DNA of 64,000 nt, taken from Octopus vulgaris. Its lineage: Eukaryota. A program made the translations under genes and the position numbers. Under the pieces are notes generated by a model. It did not search any database and was not told where the DNA came from. It saw nothing but the letters and a program-made list of their open reading frames with translations. Below, in pieces: positions 37,837 through 53,724 of this stretch. How positions within the stretch are numbered: position 1 is the first letter of the stretch; every line of letters begins with the position of its first letter. Where the stretch lies: assembly GCA_951406725.2 (NCBI GenBank), contig OX597816.1, forward strand, positions 164,424,001-164,488,000. Direction: 5' to 3'.

Positions 37837-39654
37837 TTGTAGAAGAAGAGCTTGGATAGTTTATCTGCAAACATGAATTTGAAGTATTGACACTTCATGT
37901 CTCCGTAACCATTTAGCATTCTGGTTACTACTGTCAAATGTGATGCTTATTTGTTGATGTTGTTTTGAATTAATTGTGCATTATCTTGTAACTTTGACAT
38001 TTTGATGATGTGATTGGATATGGTCAGTTTGAACATAAAACAGGTAGAATATTTTGGCTTAAGGCTTAAGGTCAAGAAATTTTGTTCTCAACTGCCATAT
38101 TTACTTAAGACCAAGATAGATATCACTTATTAACTTATTACTTTAGAGCTGTGACTGAATAAAAGACAGGACGGTCACATTTGGCATGGCACAGATCATG
38201 AGTTTATTTGGCCAAGATAGGTTTATTCCATTCTAAAGTAACCGTGCCTCCCACAGAATACTAGCATGCACCAAACTTTTGGTTTCTTAGATCTACAAAG
38301 AAATTAACTAGTGGTGATCAGAAAAGAAGATTGAAAACATGTTTAGTTGTTAACTTCTTCTCTGGGAAAGTCAAAATATTTGTGGGATATTGTGCTGAAT
38401 CTTTAATTTGGATTGACATCTGTCTGTCTGTTTACTTCCATATTGGTCAGTTGATCTATTTGTCTTTCTCTCTAGCTGCCTGCCTACCTATCACCTACCT
38501 ACATAACTGTCAATCTGTCTCTCTGTCTCTCATCTATATATCATGATATTGATCACACCACTGGTTACAAAGCACTTCCAACTTCTCACACTTACCCTAC
38601 AATGTCAGTCTTTTAATAGACAACCACAACAACTTTGCCTTTATTTTTTCAGGGTAGATAAAATAAAGTACCAGTCAAGTAATCAACCATCTTAAGGTGA
38701 TAGCTAGCAGAATCCTTAGCATGCCAGACAAAATTCTTCTAGCTTTACATTCTGAGTTCAAATTCCACCAAGGTCGATTTTTACATTTCATCTTTTTGGA
38801 GTCAATAAAATAAGCACCAGTAATGTACTGGGGTTGATGTAATCAACTAGCCCTCACCCCGCAAAATTGTAAGCCTTGTACCTAGACTATAGCATCATCA
38901 TCGTTTAACATCTGTTCATGCTGGCATGGGTTGGATGGTTTAACCAGGGCTGGTAAACTGGAAGGCTGCACCAGACTCCAATCTGATTTGGCATGGTTTT
39001 CTATGGTTTGGTGCCCTTCCTAGTGCTAACCATTCTGAGAGTATAATGGGTGCTTTCACATGCCACCGGCATTGGTGCCATTTGCAATGGTATTTGCAAT
39101 GACTGTGATTTTGCTCAGCTTGATAGGTCTTCTCCAGCACAACATAAAGCCAAAGGTCTTGGTCATTGCCTCTGTGAGACCCAACACTTGAAAGGAGTCC
39201 CAATCATTGCCTCCATGAGGCCCAAAACGTGAAAGTGGTTTCAGTCGTTGCTGTATGTCATTCTTTAATTAAGCAATTACATCATTGAAGTCTTAAAGCT
39301 ACAAGGTAATGCATGATTCATTGAGAACTGAATTAGTAAACATTACAATTGAAGTTAACGACCAAAAACTTGCCTGAGGTGGGGTATTTTTTCTGCAGAT
39401 CTACTTGAGAATTTGTTACCACTGATAGGGTAATGTGAATGCTAGTAGGTTAAAAGTATTACTGATATTATTTATGTTCTGAGTTCAAATCCAACCACAG
39501 TTGACTTTGCCTTTCATCCTCTTGGGATTAATTAAAAAAAAATGTACAGCCAAATATTGGGGTCAATAGTATTAACTTAATTACCTCGTATTTCATTCAT
39601 CACTGCTGCTCTGACAATTCTCTTATATCCTTCATACTCTTGTGTCTTACTAGT

Positions 39655-39955
39655 TAGTGTGCATGGTTCGGTGGTTAGGATAATCAGCTCAGGATCGTAT
39701 GGTCATGGGTTCAATTCCTGGTGGCACATTGCTTCCTTGAACAAGAAACTTTATTTCATGTTGCTCCAGTTCACTCAGCTGACAAAAATACATCACATCT
39801 GTATTTCAAAGAACCAGCTTTGTCACATTCAGTGTTATGCTAAATCTCCCTAACAACTACATTAAGGATATTCATGTCTGTGGAGTGCTCAACCACTTGC
39901 ATGTTAACATCACAAGCAGAGTGTTCTGTAGATTGGATCGACTGGAACCCTCATC
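39655..39955 (+). mobile_element. family-5 tRNA-derived SINE
   Basis: A/B-box-like tggttcggtggttagg and gggttcaattcc, then ccttgaacaagaaactttatttcatgttgctccagttcactcagctg. Minus copies at about 15010-15240 and 48040-48245. Confidence 0.7.
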
Positions 39956-39957
39956 AT

Positions 39958-40275
39958 CAGTAGCCCCCAAAGTGGGGGGTGTTTCCCCCCTGGGGGCAGT
40001 GGAAAGTTCCAAGGACGCATTGAACAAAAGTGGGGCAATAATGGGGGTAGTGTTTCATGTAAAGAGTGTGACAATAATGGGGTAGCGATTCATGTAAAAA
40101 GTGGGGTTCATGTAAAAATGGATTCATTAGGTTAAGTTTTGTTTGTGAAATACAGTTGCTTTGAATTTGCTTCAGAGAAAGGTTTATGTTTGTGACAGTT
40201 AGTTGGGGTGGGGGCACTAGGAATGTGGCCTGGGTGTCAAGGGGCCAGCTGCCTGAAAACCTTTGGGAACCGCTA
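39958..40275. mobile_element. hAT-Charlie-like MITE
   Basis: Degenerate TIRs cagtagcccccaaag and ctttgggaaccgcta, with G/C-run subtermini. No clean TSD. Confidence 0.5.
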
Positions 40276-41466
40276 TCATTCTTATTTCTCTGTCTCTCTC
40301 CCCTATTATTCAATGATATGGTCTTTATTAACCATTCTGTTATTACCTTCTCTACTCTTACTATCATCATCATCACCATTGCTTCAGTATTGTTACTACT
40401 AACACGAACAGTATTACTTATGTTAGTTGCTTATTATTATCACTAACCACTTGCCAGATACTACTACTACTATTATTACTAACAGAGTTTCTGTTACTTG
40501 AAGCAAAGCACCATTTTATACTGCCATTACACACCAACACCACATTCATTATTATTATTATCATTATTATTATTATTATTATTATTATATTCTAGGTGGT
40601 AAACTTGCAAAATCGTTAGCACAAAATGTTCTGAGTTCAAATTCCACTAAGGCTGATTTGCTTTTCATCCTTCCAGGGTTGATGAAATAAGTCCAAGTGT
40701 TGAGCGCTGGGGTTGATGTAATCAACTAGCTCCTTCCACCTTGTGCGCATTGTAGAAAGAATTATAACGAATCAGCAGAATCTTTAACCATTTTATTGCA
40801 GAAATCAGATATACCCATTCAAAATAATGAAGTTAGAAATCATCATCATCGTTTAACGTCCACTTTCTATGCTAGCATGGGTTAGACGATTTGACTGAGG
40901 TCTGTTGAACCAGGTGGCTGCACCAGGCTCCAATCTGATCTGGCAGAGTTTCTACAGCTGGATACCCTTCCTAATGCCAACCACTCCGAAAGTGTAGTGG
41001 GTGCTTTTACGTGCCACTGGCATTAGGGCCAGTCAGGCGGTACTGGCAATGGCCATGCTCAAATGGTGATTTTTATGCGCCACCTGCACAGGAGCCAGTC
41101 CAGCGGCATTGGCAATGTGTCACTAGCACAGGAGCCAGTCAGGCAACAGTGGCAATGGCCACACTCAAATGGTGCTTTTTACGTACTACCGGCATGGGTG
41201 CCAGTCAGACAGCACGGACATTGGCCACACTTGAATGGTGCTTTTTATGTACCACCACTATGGGTGCCAGTCACATAATATTATAGTAAAGATCCTATAG
41301 TAAAGGTCCTTGGTGAATTGATCCTGTAGACAGTTTGCAATCATTACCAGTAACTCAGTAAAGTTTCGTGAGGTTGTTTTTTTTCCCTTCATTCCACTGT
41401 TTGAAATCAATACTGCCAGTGAATGAAGCATTTATCTTACCTTCTTCATTAATGATACATACATTC

Positions 41467-41505
<39 letters not shown>

Positions 41506-43931
41506 TGAATGTATACATGTTGATGGGTGTTGTGTGTCATTGAGAAATTATTGTTGTGGTTGCTATGGCCACAGCAACTCAGCTGTAGTGTAGAGAGACA
41601 CACACACACACACACACACACGTTTAACCTCTCAACATATCCTGTGGATTTATGATTAATGAGTTCCATTCTCTGAACTAATCTACTGCTGACTCTGCTC
41701 TCACTAAAAACACACACTGTGTGTGTGTTTATTTATGTGTGCTTGTGTGGGCAGAATACAATTTTAGTTTTGATATATGAGTGAAAAAAAAAACAAGCCA
41801 CATGAATAATTTAGGTAATGGTCTATAAATGAAGCTGAGAGGAAACTATTGTCCCTTGTCATAATTGATAGCTAATTTATGGTTAAGGACAACTCCTTTG
41901 TCAAGAATATCAAACGTGATGACGGTGGTGGTGATTTTCATTTTCTGCTTTTGTTTGAATTAATTTTCCTATTCTACATTGGGTGGAGTAGTTAAAGCAA
42001 TTATCCCTACTGTTAGACGTCTTTCCTATCACTAAAATATTCAGTTATGATCCAGGACAATAGATCTGCTGGTCTACTGTATGGCTGGTTTACTTCAGTG
42101 GTCATTGGCCTGTTTGATCAAGATTGCTTGCTGACCTGCAGCTATACAACAGTAGAATATTCTTCATTAAAATTAGAGTGCATCTTGTTTTTGTCAGTCA
42201 GGGAAATCGAGCAAGCATTAAAGTACCTTGATCATGAGACAACTGCAGAAGCTGTTGTCAGGTTTAAATTATGTACCTTGCACGAAGGCCATCGGCAGTG
42301 GCTGTATTGATGTTAAAATTTATATCTGCATGTGGTCAATAGATCAGCAGAACTGTCGACTCACTGATGATGATGACGATGATGGTGATGATTAAAATGA
42401 TTTCTGAATTCCAAACCAGTTTTATACCAGAATCATCCCCTGTGCCTTACAAATATTTTTATCAACCATCGAAAGGTGAAAAGCAAAGTCAATTCTAGTA
42501 AAATTTGAACTCAAGACTAAGATTGACCCTAACATTTTATTTTTCCTATTAAAGTAGAGGTTAATTTTGTGGTCTTTTCCATTTCTGGTAACACTCATCA
42601 CAGTTGCCTTTGTGGCAGTGCTTTATGGCTGGATGCTCTTCCTGTCACCAACCCTGCTTTAGTTACCTAAAACATGGGTATAAGATTGACTCCATGTTTG
42701 TAAATGCTATTTTGATTTAATATTACCGTAATTGTGCATACCAGATTTTTATTCAGCCAAGTGACTGTTTGCAATGTCAGTGAATATTTTATTCACTGTT
42801 TCTGTCAGTTGTGTCAAATTCTTGCCCTGGCAAATGGCTAAGTGTGAATCCATGTCATGAAAAATCCCCAAAATGTGAAATGCATTTGGTTTTGTTGCTG
42901 GCCACTTGCTGCTAGGGTGATTGTTTTTCTTTCCATCTCCCTCTGGTATTTATTGAGTTTTTAACACAACTTAAGAGATGTCATCTCTGAACAAGTACCA
43001 CAATAACTGGCCTATCAATGGTGTATATACATTAAGTATGATGCATAGATTGCTTTTTTAATCTAATAATGCCTCAATCACTTTTACCAGATTTATATTT
43101 AATATTTGTCTTATCAGTATCCCTACTCTAATAATTGTCATTAGAACCATTACTTAGATCACTGTTGAGACAAAACATGTATGGAACTAGGGTACAGTTC
43201 ACTTGTTAAACTAACCTCATTACTTGACTGATACTCCTTTTTTGTTTATTGGTCTCAGAAAGATAAAAAATAGCATTGGCTTTAGGTGGATTTGAAATCA
43301 GAATTCAAAGGGGTTCAACTAAATCTATGAATAAATAGTATTGAGTCAGTCACTAAAGCAATGTTAGTACCAAAATATTTATTATATAGTTTATTTTCTT
43401 CAAAGAGAAATAGATTTACCAAGAAGTATGAGAAAGATCAATTCTTAAAACATTTTAGATGAAATCATAATTCCTACCATATTTTCTGGCAAACAACTCA
43501 ACATAGAATATAATGTAAACATGTAGCGTAAACATTCAACAAATGTCAATATCTTTCCGAATCTTGCTGCAGCATTTCACATGGAATTTTTTGTCCTCCA
43601 AAGTTGTCTTGGTATATAAGTTGACCCGTAGGTTTTTCTGTTTTGTTTTTTGTTTTTTTCTGTAAATTTTGGTCTTGACTTTCTCAGACCAAAACTTATA
43701 TACCAAGATAAGTCAACTGACATTGTAAACTTTGGTCAGAAAAATGAGTTGTATGCTGTATAATGCAGTAGATAAAAATGAAAGCCACGAGAAAATTGAT
43801 TTAAAAAATGAAATATTCCCTTAATTTCAAATGTAAAGACTTTAAAAACGTTTTAGTTATCGTTTTTCTTATCTCTTTCTTTCCTTCATCCACTTTTTTT
43901 TTTTTTTTTTGTTTTTTTTGGTGGTTCTTAA

Positions 43932-44198
<267 letters not shown>

Positions 44199-44984
44199 TA
44201 AAGAATGAAGTAAAAAATAAAGAAAGAAAGAAAGAAACTAGAGAGAAAAGAATCACAAATCAGGACAAAAAATTAATGAATGTGATGTGATTTGGTTGAT
44301 GGTGATGAAGGAGGAGGAATGAGGATGTTGATGATGATGATGATGATGATGTTTATTACTACTCTTCTTCTTCTTATTATTATTATATATGTGTCCATAT
44401 AAGTTGTAAAGGCTTGGTTGTTGTGGATGTAAACAGTGTTGATGTGGCTTATATCATTTTTGTTGACCGCCTATTTTGATGTTGATCATTGTTTATTTGG
44501 CTTTTTGTTGTTGTTATTGTTTTTGTATTTCAGCTTTTATCAGACAGTTACCATTTTTATCATTTCTCATTCGATAAAGCAGCAAACTTGTGTAATGTTT
44601 AATTATTTTGTCAAAATGTACATCACAGAAAGTACTTTCCATCGTATTTGTATTATTCCACATTTGGCATCAACCAGATGCCACCCCGCCCCACCCCCTG
44701 TATCCAGGGACCGGACCAGCTTGTCAAGAGTCTCCAGTTCCCTTTCTGTTGTACTGCATGCACCCACCCGGAGCCAGGCTCTTGTTTCCAGTGCATCCTT
44801 TGTGGTCATTAGGCCACAAATATCTTTAACAGCCTCTTCATCTCTTCCCCTCCACACATTCTATCAAGAAACAGACTTGTTACTAGTTCAAACATGCCTC
44901 AGGCATGTTTGAACCTGTAAGCAGGCCATTCACTGTATTTTGTGATGGAGAAAATTTTGTGTTGTAGACAGAAAGGTGTAAATA

Positions 44985-45529
44985 TTGGGTTGTCTGGAAA
45001 GTTCGTGCTGATTTTTAAAGGAAAGAAAAAGGTCAATAAATACTTGCCATTACGTTTTTAATCTATCAAATATAAACCATTTTGTTGCACAATGCATCTC
45101 CATCTTTCCTTTAACTTGAAAATACCCTCTTCCCAGAATTGAGGTGGTTTCATGGCAAAGAATTCATCAAGGTATCTTTTTATGTCAGCCAAGGAATTGA
45201 AATTCAAAGATCTGAATAAGTGGAAATCCGAAGGAGCAATATCTGGTGAATAAAGAGTGTGGGGTAACACATCCCAGCCGAGCTGCAGCAACTTTTGTCT
45301 GGTTCCCAAGGCATCAAGTGGTGGAAATGAACTTTTTTATCTTCCATTTTAAAGGGTTACAGAATTAATACAGGTTATAGGAACATAAACCTTCTTCCAT
45401 GAAAAGATAGCTTAAACTGTGCTCTAAATGGAGATGTAGTCAAATCCTATTTCATGGACTCAACCATGTTCTAAAATAAGTCGAAAGGTAAGCTACTATA
45501 AATTGGCACGAACTTTCCGGACAACCCAA
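44985..45529 (-). mobile_element. internally deleted mariner element
   Basis: TA|ttgggttgtctggaaagttcgtgc ... gcacgaactttccggacaacccaa|TA. Minus-strand transposase remnant WDVLPHTLYSPDIAPSDFHLFRSL. Confidence 0.92.
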
Positions 45530-45779
45530 TACATCCAGTCAACTCACAGCTCTCCATAACCAGACTGTTGGATGCATGCATTTCAGAGTTGTTATCTCCT
45601 TCTCAGCTGCAGAGACCAGAAAGGCAGACACTGCGAACTGACATGAGAGACTGGTCCCTCTCAGGATATTCTCATCTATCAGGATGTCTTGGGCAGGGAT
45701 TTGTGGTACACAGTATATCCAGGTGATGATAATGTAAATTAAGGCAGGGAACCAACAGAATTATTCTTTATTTTTTTTT

Positions 45780-46006
45780 TACCTTTTTCAGTTATTTGAC
45801 TGCGGCCATGCTAGAGCAACGCCTTTAGTCAAATAAGTCAACCCCAGGACTTATTCTTTGTAAGCCTAGTACTTATTCAATTGGTCTCTTTTGCCAAACT
45901 GCTAAGTTACAGCACACACACCAACATCGGTTGTCAAGTGATGCTGGCGGTGTTGACAAACACAGATGCCCAAGCACGCGCACGTATGTATGTATGTATG
46001 TGTATG

Positions 46007-46038
<32 letters not shown>

Positions 46039-46190
46039 ATATGGGCTTCTTTCAGTTTCCATCTACAAATCCACTCATAAGGCTTTGGTCGACACGAGAC
46101 TATAGTAGAAGACACTTGCCCAAGGTGCCACGCAGTGAAATTGAACCCAGAACCATGTGGTTGGGAAGCAAGCTACTTACCACACAATTA
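45780..46190 (-). mobile_element. family-1 SINE
   Basis: Aligns with 9770-10152. Confidence 0.8.
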
Positions 46191-46602
46191 CTTTCTTTGT
46201 GGTGGCATTTGTTCCAGTTCTTTAGATATTGAGTTTAAACCCCACCATGGTCAGCTTTGTCTTTCATCCCTCTGGGGTCAATAATATAAAGTATGAATCA
46301 TATCCTGGGGTCTCTGTATTTCCCTCATAATGCTGCCCTCGTGCCTAAATCAGAAATGATTATTATAGGGAAATCAGTTTCAGTTTGCAGTTTGAAGACT
46401 TTAATCGAAATTGGAATGGAATTTGCCATAGAACCATGTCTGCTCATAGGGAAATATTATCTTGCTTGGAAACAGATGAGAGTTGGTGACAAGCAGGACA
46501 TCTGCTTCAATGAATTCCATCAGAGACATACAAACATGGAAAAGTGTCTGTTAAAATGATGATGATGTTGATGGTGACAACAAAGACTATCTTTAAGGTT
46601 TA

Positions 46603-46942
46603 CAGTAATCCCTCACCATATCACGGTTCACCTGTTGCAGTTTATTATTCAAGCTTACGTCGATTCCTCCGTGGTTCTGTTTTGCATTTATAATAAATAT
46701 ATACAAAATATAAAAATGATTTTAAAAAATATATATAGTATTGCACCAGGCTCCATCTTGCCAGATCAATATGGAGCCAGGTGCAGCCATCTGGTTCGCC
46801 AGCCCTCAGTCAAAATCGTCCAACCCATGCTAGCATGGAAAGCAGATGTTAAACGATGATGAGTACTGTTTCTACTTTGTGGATTTTCACCTATCACTAG
46901 GGGTTTTGGAATGTAACACTTGCAATAATCAAGGGATTATTG
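46603..46942. mobile_element. pogo/Tigger-like MITE with an inserted family-3 SINE 3' fragment
   Basis: TA|cagtaatccct ... agggattattg|TA. SINE tail at about 46742-46862. Confidence 0.6.
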
Positions 46943-49523
46943 TACTTTGCAAATCCTCCCAAATGTATAGCGATCAGGTCTAGCATTGATTTTTTTCATC
47001 ATCACACCATCATATCATTCTGTTTAGGATAAATAACATCAAGCCAAGTGAAATTGAAATCCTGGCCGATGCCAGTGTCATGTAATCGGCACTCGCTTGA
47101 GAAGACATGTGAAGCCAAGCGAAGTCATAGTTGTGGCCAATGCCAGTGTCACATATCTGGCACCCATGCTGGTGACACATATAAAGCACCCTTCAAACTT
47201 TGGGCTTCATGGAGGCTGTGTCAAGTGACCAAGGTCTTTGCGATGTATTGTGTTTGAGAAGACCTGTCAAAGCCAAGTGAGATTACAGTCATGGCCAAAG
47301 GCAGTGTTTTGTAACTGGTACCCATGCTGGTGGCATATAAAAAGCACCCACTACTCACTCGGAATGGTTGGCATTAGGAATGGCATCCAGCTGTAGAAAC
47401 CATGCCAAATCAGAATGAAACCTAGTGCAACTCCCCAGCTTACTAGTTTTCAATCAAACCATCCAATCCATGCCAGCATGGAAAACAGGCATTGAATGAT
47501 GATGATGATGAAGTCACCCAGAGATAAACCCCACATTAATGTTGCATTTTGATCATTGTTCAGACAAAATAATAGACTTCTTGCAGGGTCACTAGACCTG
47601 ATAGAAATAGAAACTAAAATCTCATCATCTCCTATTGTCCCAACAAGCAGAAACTGTCCTGTTAAACCATAACAATGTAGAATCTGAAATACATTCTACA
47701 CTAGAATCTTGTGGGCTCTAATTTGTATTATTGACACTTAACTCTCCCTGGCTTTGCAGTGCTGGCATCAAAGTCTGTTGGTGTTTATCACTTCTTGACT
47801 TTCATTTTGGTTACTTGACCCTTTAGATAAAACAATGATCTGTCTTGAAAAACCATTCATTGAAGGAAGCCACATTGGTTAATGTTAGTCTCAGATACAG
47901 GACTGTTTTAGCAGCATTATGGCCCCCTGCTCTACTAGGCAAGTCAATGCACCGGGCTTTATTCTGTTTACTTATTGACAGCATACATAGCCACAACAGA
48001 GACCTAAATCAGTGCAGTGGGCTCTATAGTTTATATAACTGGCACCCTGTAGCTTTCAATGAGTGTCCCAGTCGATCCAATCAACAGGACAGCTTCTTCA
48101 TGAAATTAACATGTGTAGTTCTCAGGGAGATTCTGTGTGACACAATATGACATGGCTGGTCCTTTGAATTCCAGGTACAACTCATTTTTGCTAGCTGAGC
48201 GGATTGGAGCAATGTGAAATAAAGTGTCTTGCTCAAGGAACACAATGCATTCTTGAGTACAGCAATGTGCCATTATATCTCAGTTATACGGCAGCAAGCG
48301 GGCAGAAATGTTAGCATGCCAGGTGGAATGCTTAACGAGTATTTTGTCTGTTTTTATGTTCTGAGTTCAAACTCTGCCGAGGTTGACTTTACCTTTCATC
48401 CTTTCGGGATCAATAAATTAAGTACCAGTTGTGTACTGGTGTTGATCTAATTGACTGGCCCTGTTCACAAAAATGTCGAAACTTGTGCCTAGAGTAGAAA
48501 AGAATATTTTAAAGGCAGTGAACTGGCAGAAATGTTAGCATGCCAGGTGAAATGCTTAGCGATATTTCGTGTGTTTTTACGTTCTGAGTTCAAACTCCGC
48601 CGAGGTCAACTTTGCCTTCCATCCTTTCAGGGTCGATAAATTAAGTACCAGTTGTATACTGGGGTGATCTAATCGACTGGCCCCCTCCCCCAAAATTTTA
48701 GACCTTGTGCCAAGAGTAGAAAAGATATTTCAGTCATATAAAGATGGGCACATATTTGTTTTTACTGTTTAGGTGGTGGGGCTCTAAAAGGAGTCTCAGA
48801 GAGTAGCATCCCTGCCTTCCTGAGATAGTTTTCCACCACATTTCTTAAAAATCATGGTAGAGACTTTGGTCTCGTAACCACTCATGTCTAGAAACTGAGG
48901 TTGTGGGTAAGCAAGGGCATGCCCCCTGTAGAAAATCCAGCTCCAAAAAAGCCTCATGGTAGCAAAGGAGAATGGGCACCAGCCAGCCCAAAGGTTGGGG
49001 TGGGCTACACCTGCCTACCTCAGTTGCTATGACATTGAGGTAGACCCAGTTACCCCCATTAACAAGGACAAAACCCACATTTAAAATGCTGGATGATGAT
49101 GGATGATGACGACCAGATACATATATACGTGATTTTGTGGCTGAGTAATATATAGCAGCTTATTGGTGCTTATAAATGCATGATTGCATGTTTGTCTCAG
49201 TGTATGTGTGTGTATATATGTATGTATGTATCTGTATATATATGTATATACAGCTACAATATTAGTTCCCCAGAATCTTTAGTTCCAAAGCTTTTCTGGA
49301 TTCCGAAACTACAATGGTCACCTCTAAATTAAATACATGTTAAATTTATTCAGATAATCAAATGAAATACAGGTACCTGTACATTGGTATAAATGATACA
49401 AGTTTATTGATAATGTACTGTGCAAGGTTATTAATAAACTAGTCAGGTTGCCATGGGAATTTGAAGTTCCAGTTGGTGAATTAAAGAGATTCCAGACCAA
49501 CAGAATTTGGAAAGTCGGAGTCA

Positions 49524-49887
49524 TCTATTGTATAAAATCCATTCTGTCTGTCTGTGTGTCTTCTAGGATCTCAGGCATCCTCCATCCGATTGCGCTCAAA
49601 TTTGATATGTAGATACTGACAGTATCAGGGTGTGTATAAGTCTTGAGAAAATTACAAAAATTGATTCCAGGTGAGAATGCGGTCGATAAAGCCGTGGGAA
49701 ATTGTTTTTCTTTGAAATAGAAAAAAAGTCTATCTTTATTTCTTCTTTTGCTGGTGTCTCAAATTTAGGTTAAGTCAGTGTTTCTCAAAGGGGAGGCCTA
49801 TGGGACGGTTGGACAAGTTGTTTTGAGAAAATTTGGTTTAAATGTTTGATACCTCAGCGCCATCCATTGGACGGGGCGTTTTGCTCG
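49524..49887 (+). mobile_element. non-autonomous Helitron
   Basis: A|TCTATTGTATAAAA start. Subterminal GC hairpin cgccatcca-t-tggacggggcg. End CTCG|T (a variant of CTAG). Confidence 0.65.
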
Positions 49888-49964
49888 TATATATATATAT
49901 TCATTCATTTGTACTTGTATAATAATAATAATTAGAAAATGTACATTAATATGTATGTAGATGA

Positions 49965-50231
<267 letters not shown>

Positions 50232-50912
50232 TAGTAAGAGTTTTGCTTCCCAACCTCATGGTTCCAGGTTCAATCCCACTGCATGGCACATTGGGCAAGT
50301 GTTTTCTTCTATAACCTTGGACTGTCCCGAAGCTTTGAAGGTGGACTAGGTAGAGGGAAACTGAAAGAAACCCATTTTGATACCTAAAAAGCACTATCCG
50401 TATGTGGCCGATGCCAGCGCCGCCTTGACTGGCTTTCGTGTCAGTGGCACGTAAAAACCACCAACCGATCGTGGCCATTACCAGCCTCCCCTGGCACTTA
50501 TGCCAGTGGTACGTAAAAAGCACCAACCGATCATGGCGGTTGCCAGCCTCCCCTGGCACCTGTGCTGGTGGCATGTAAAAAGCACCCTCTACATTTACGG
50601 AGTGGTTGGCGTTAGGAAAGGCATCCAGCTGTAGAAACACTGCCAGATCAGACTGGAGCCTGGTGCAGCCTCCTGGCTTCCCAGACCCCGGTCGAACTGT
50701 CCAACCCATGCTAGCATGGAAAACGGATGCTAAACAATAATGATGATGATGATGAGGTGTGTGTCTGTCTGTCTGTCCCCCACCACTCCTTCATAACCAC
50801 TGTTGCTTTGTTTATGTCCCTCTGTAACTTAGTTGTTCAGCAGAATAGTACCAAATAGCTTTTTGCTTCCTGTGTCATCTTATTTTGATATTTTTTGTTT
50901 CTTTCATTTCAG

Positions 50913-51122
50913 GGTGCCCTTTTTCAGTCACCTCACATTGACGAGAATGACGTTCAAACAATATCCCACAAGTGTGAAGTCCTCTCCATCAATGATTTTC
51001 GGCTACACAAATACGATGCCAGCAGAATGGACGACTATGAAGATATTTACTTCCTGGCTGGGTCATATGATCCAATGACTGGACGTGTCACTTATGAATC
51101 AGGAATACCAGAAATCATATGA
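50913..51122 (+). CDS. TNRC18/BAHCC1: terminal coding exon J (210 nt incl. TGA), BAH domain C-half
   Basis: ttcatttcag|GGT. Encodes GALFQSPHIDENDVQTISHKCEVL...YFLAGSYDPMTG...PEII*. The ten exons sum to 3372 nt, or 1124 codons. Confidence 0.95.
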   Translation, partial: GALFQSPHIDENDVQTISHKCEVLSINDFRLHKYDASRMDDYEDIYFLAGSYDPMTGRVTYESGIPEII

Positions 51123-51199
51123 CCAAAAACGAAAGGCAAATACAGCATAACAGAGACACAGTCATAACCTTTTAAAAGTTGTCTGTTAATTCCATATAT

Positions 51200-51230
<31 letters not shown>

Positions 51231-52471
51231 TATCTACATACATACATACACCCTCCCCACACTCATGTATGCATACAAGTATGTGTGTATGTTTGTGTAT
51301 ATATATATATATGTGTGTGTATATAAATATATATGACAAAGGATTCTACAGACCAGTGAAAGATGCAAAAGCTATATTTACCAATTAAAATTCACACATA
51401 AAAACTAATGACAACATCAAATAGAAAAAAAGATTTTATTATAATTAAATGAGGACATTTGAAAGAAAAGTGATAATTAAAACTAAACGAATGAAAATAA
51501 TTCACAGTTCAAAGACTAGTGCCATACTAACAGAAGAAGCCTGATGGTCTCTATGTTCGGAATTCTTCTGGAAACCTCATTGAAGGAATTTTTACTGCTA
51601 TGGCTATTACCGTTATTTCAACAATGACCATAACTAATGATAATGAAACGACTGCTGAAGAAGTTGATGGTGAAATATATGACCTTATAAAGCACCGTAC
51701 CTATGGACGGGCTAATATATACATACATATATAGAGATGTGTGTATATATATATATATATAAATTGGATGATGATGATGATCAAATGGAAATAGTTGGTT
51801 ATGAAAAACAACACTGCCTCTTTTAATCATTACTCATGGATTCATGAGAATGTGCAGAACAAATGAATTAATGTGTGTGTATGTGTGTGTGTGTGTGTGT
51901 GTGTGCCTATGTGTGTCTGTGCATATGCCCTGACCCCCACCTCTGATACTAACAGACTTTGACTTCAAGAAATACAAAAAACGGAAAAGACTTTGATAAG
52001 TAAATTTGTGTAAATATACACACACATACACAAAAAAAAAACACATATAGAAATGAATAATGTACATTGAAATTTTTTTTTTTTTGTTCTTAGTTTTTAT
52101 TATTTTAATTTTTGTCTTTCATCATGATTTTGATGATGAGAGAAAACAAGACATTCTTACCTGGAATATTTCAGAATATTCTAAAACAGCTGCGATCAAG
52201 ATAGAAACAAATTTAAAAAAATTACCTGCTGAAATATTGGCTAGCTGCATGCATTGTCTGCACCTGCCTTATTTCTCATTGTATATATTGCATATAAATT
52301 TATATATATATGTGTGTGTATATATATGTATGTATATATATACATATATATATCTACTTACAGTAAAGCTATGGGTGCGTGCATGTGTGAGAGAGACAAA
52401 GAGAAAAAAACTGTGTATGCTTTTTATTGTATTATATGTACATTTAACAGTATACGTATTTTATATACATA

Positions 52472-52524
<53 letters not shown>

Positions 52525-53339
52525 TCACTAGCAAACATGCATACATGCAGATTGTTAAAAGACATTTCATGCATAACTGCATATATGTACAGACTAATCA
52601 CACACACACATGCAAACTTACACATACATATATGGACGTATACACATGTATGTATTTCTGCTGTTAGTTTGGGTTTAGCATGAAATCTGCCATTGCTGCT
52701 GTTGGTTTTTTTTTTTTTTGGAGTTCAGTTGCTCATGCTAATCTTTAATGGACTAACATTAACAGAAGAACATTTTTTACAAGGAATGAGAGGAAGGCGT
52801 AGGGTATTATCTCCCTTGCCATTTCACTCTTTTTTTTTTTTCATTTTTCTCTCTTTTTTTTTTGTGATGAAACTTGATGGACTTAAAACAATCCTTAAAA
52901 AAAATGTTAAAGAAAATTTTAGGAAACAAAAAAAAAAAAAGCTATTTTACTTCAAGGAGAGAGATCGAGGAACTTTATTATCAAGAAAAACTGGAAAAGG
53001 AGGAAAAAAAAAAAATCAGTAAAAGAACCAGACTTATTACTATTATTATTATCATTATTATTATTATGGACTGAAAATTGACTTTTTTTTTTCCATTTTT
53101 GTTTCATTCAATGAATATTATTTCTATCTTCCTTGCATTGGAAAATGAAATAGATGACACATTGTTGCAGTTCTATGTTAAAATTAGATCCCTCCAAGAA
53201 CTGGATATGGAATATGTGTGTATATATATGTATGTATGTATGTATGTGTGTGTGTTGATATACATATATATATATATGCCAACGGACGTGGGTGTTCATA
53301 TATACGTGTATATATATGTGGAAGTGAATATATATATAA

Positions 53340-53385
<46 letters not shown>

Positions 53386-53691
53386 ATGTATGTTTGTATG
53401 GTATTGCTTTTAAAAGTTAACACTGAAGAAATGGAATCATTTCGTTATACTACACTCAGAAAAATTAAAATGTTAATAAAAGGGAACATTTTATTGAAAA
53501 ATGAAGTGATATAGTTGTTTGTTTGGTTTTAAGAATTCAATACTACTCTACTGTAAAAAAAAAAAAAAGAATCCCAAAACCCCCAATAATAATGATTATA
53601 ATCATGAACACACACACGTTTTTTACAAATTGCGTAAGATAGAGCAAATGGGCACTATTTTCGACAGCTTGCTGTTTAATTAGGATGTCAC

Positions 53692-53724
<33 letters not shown>
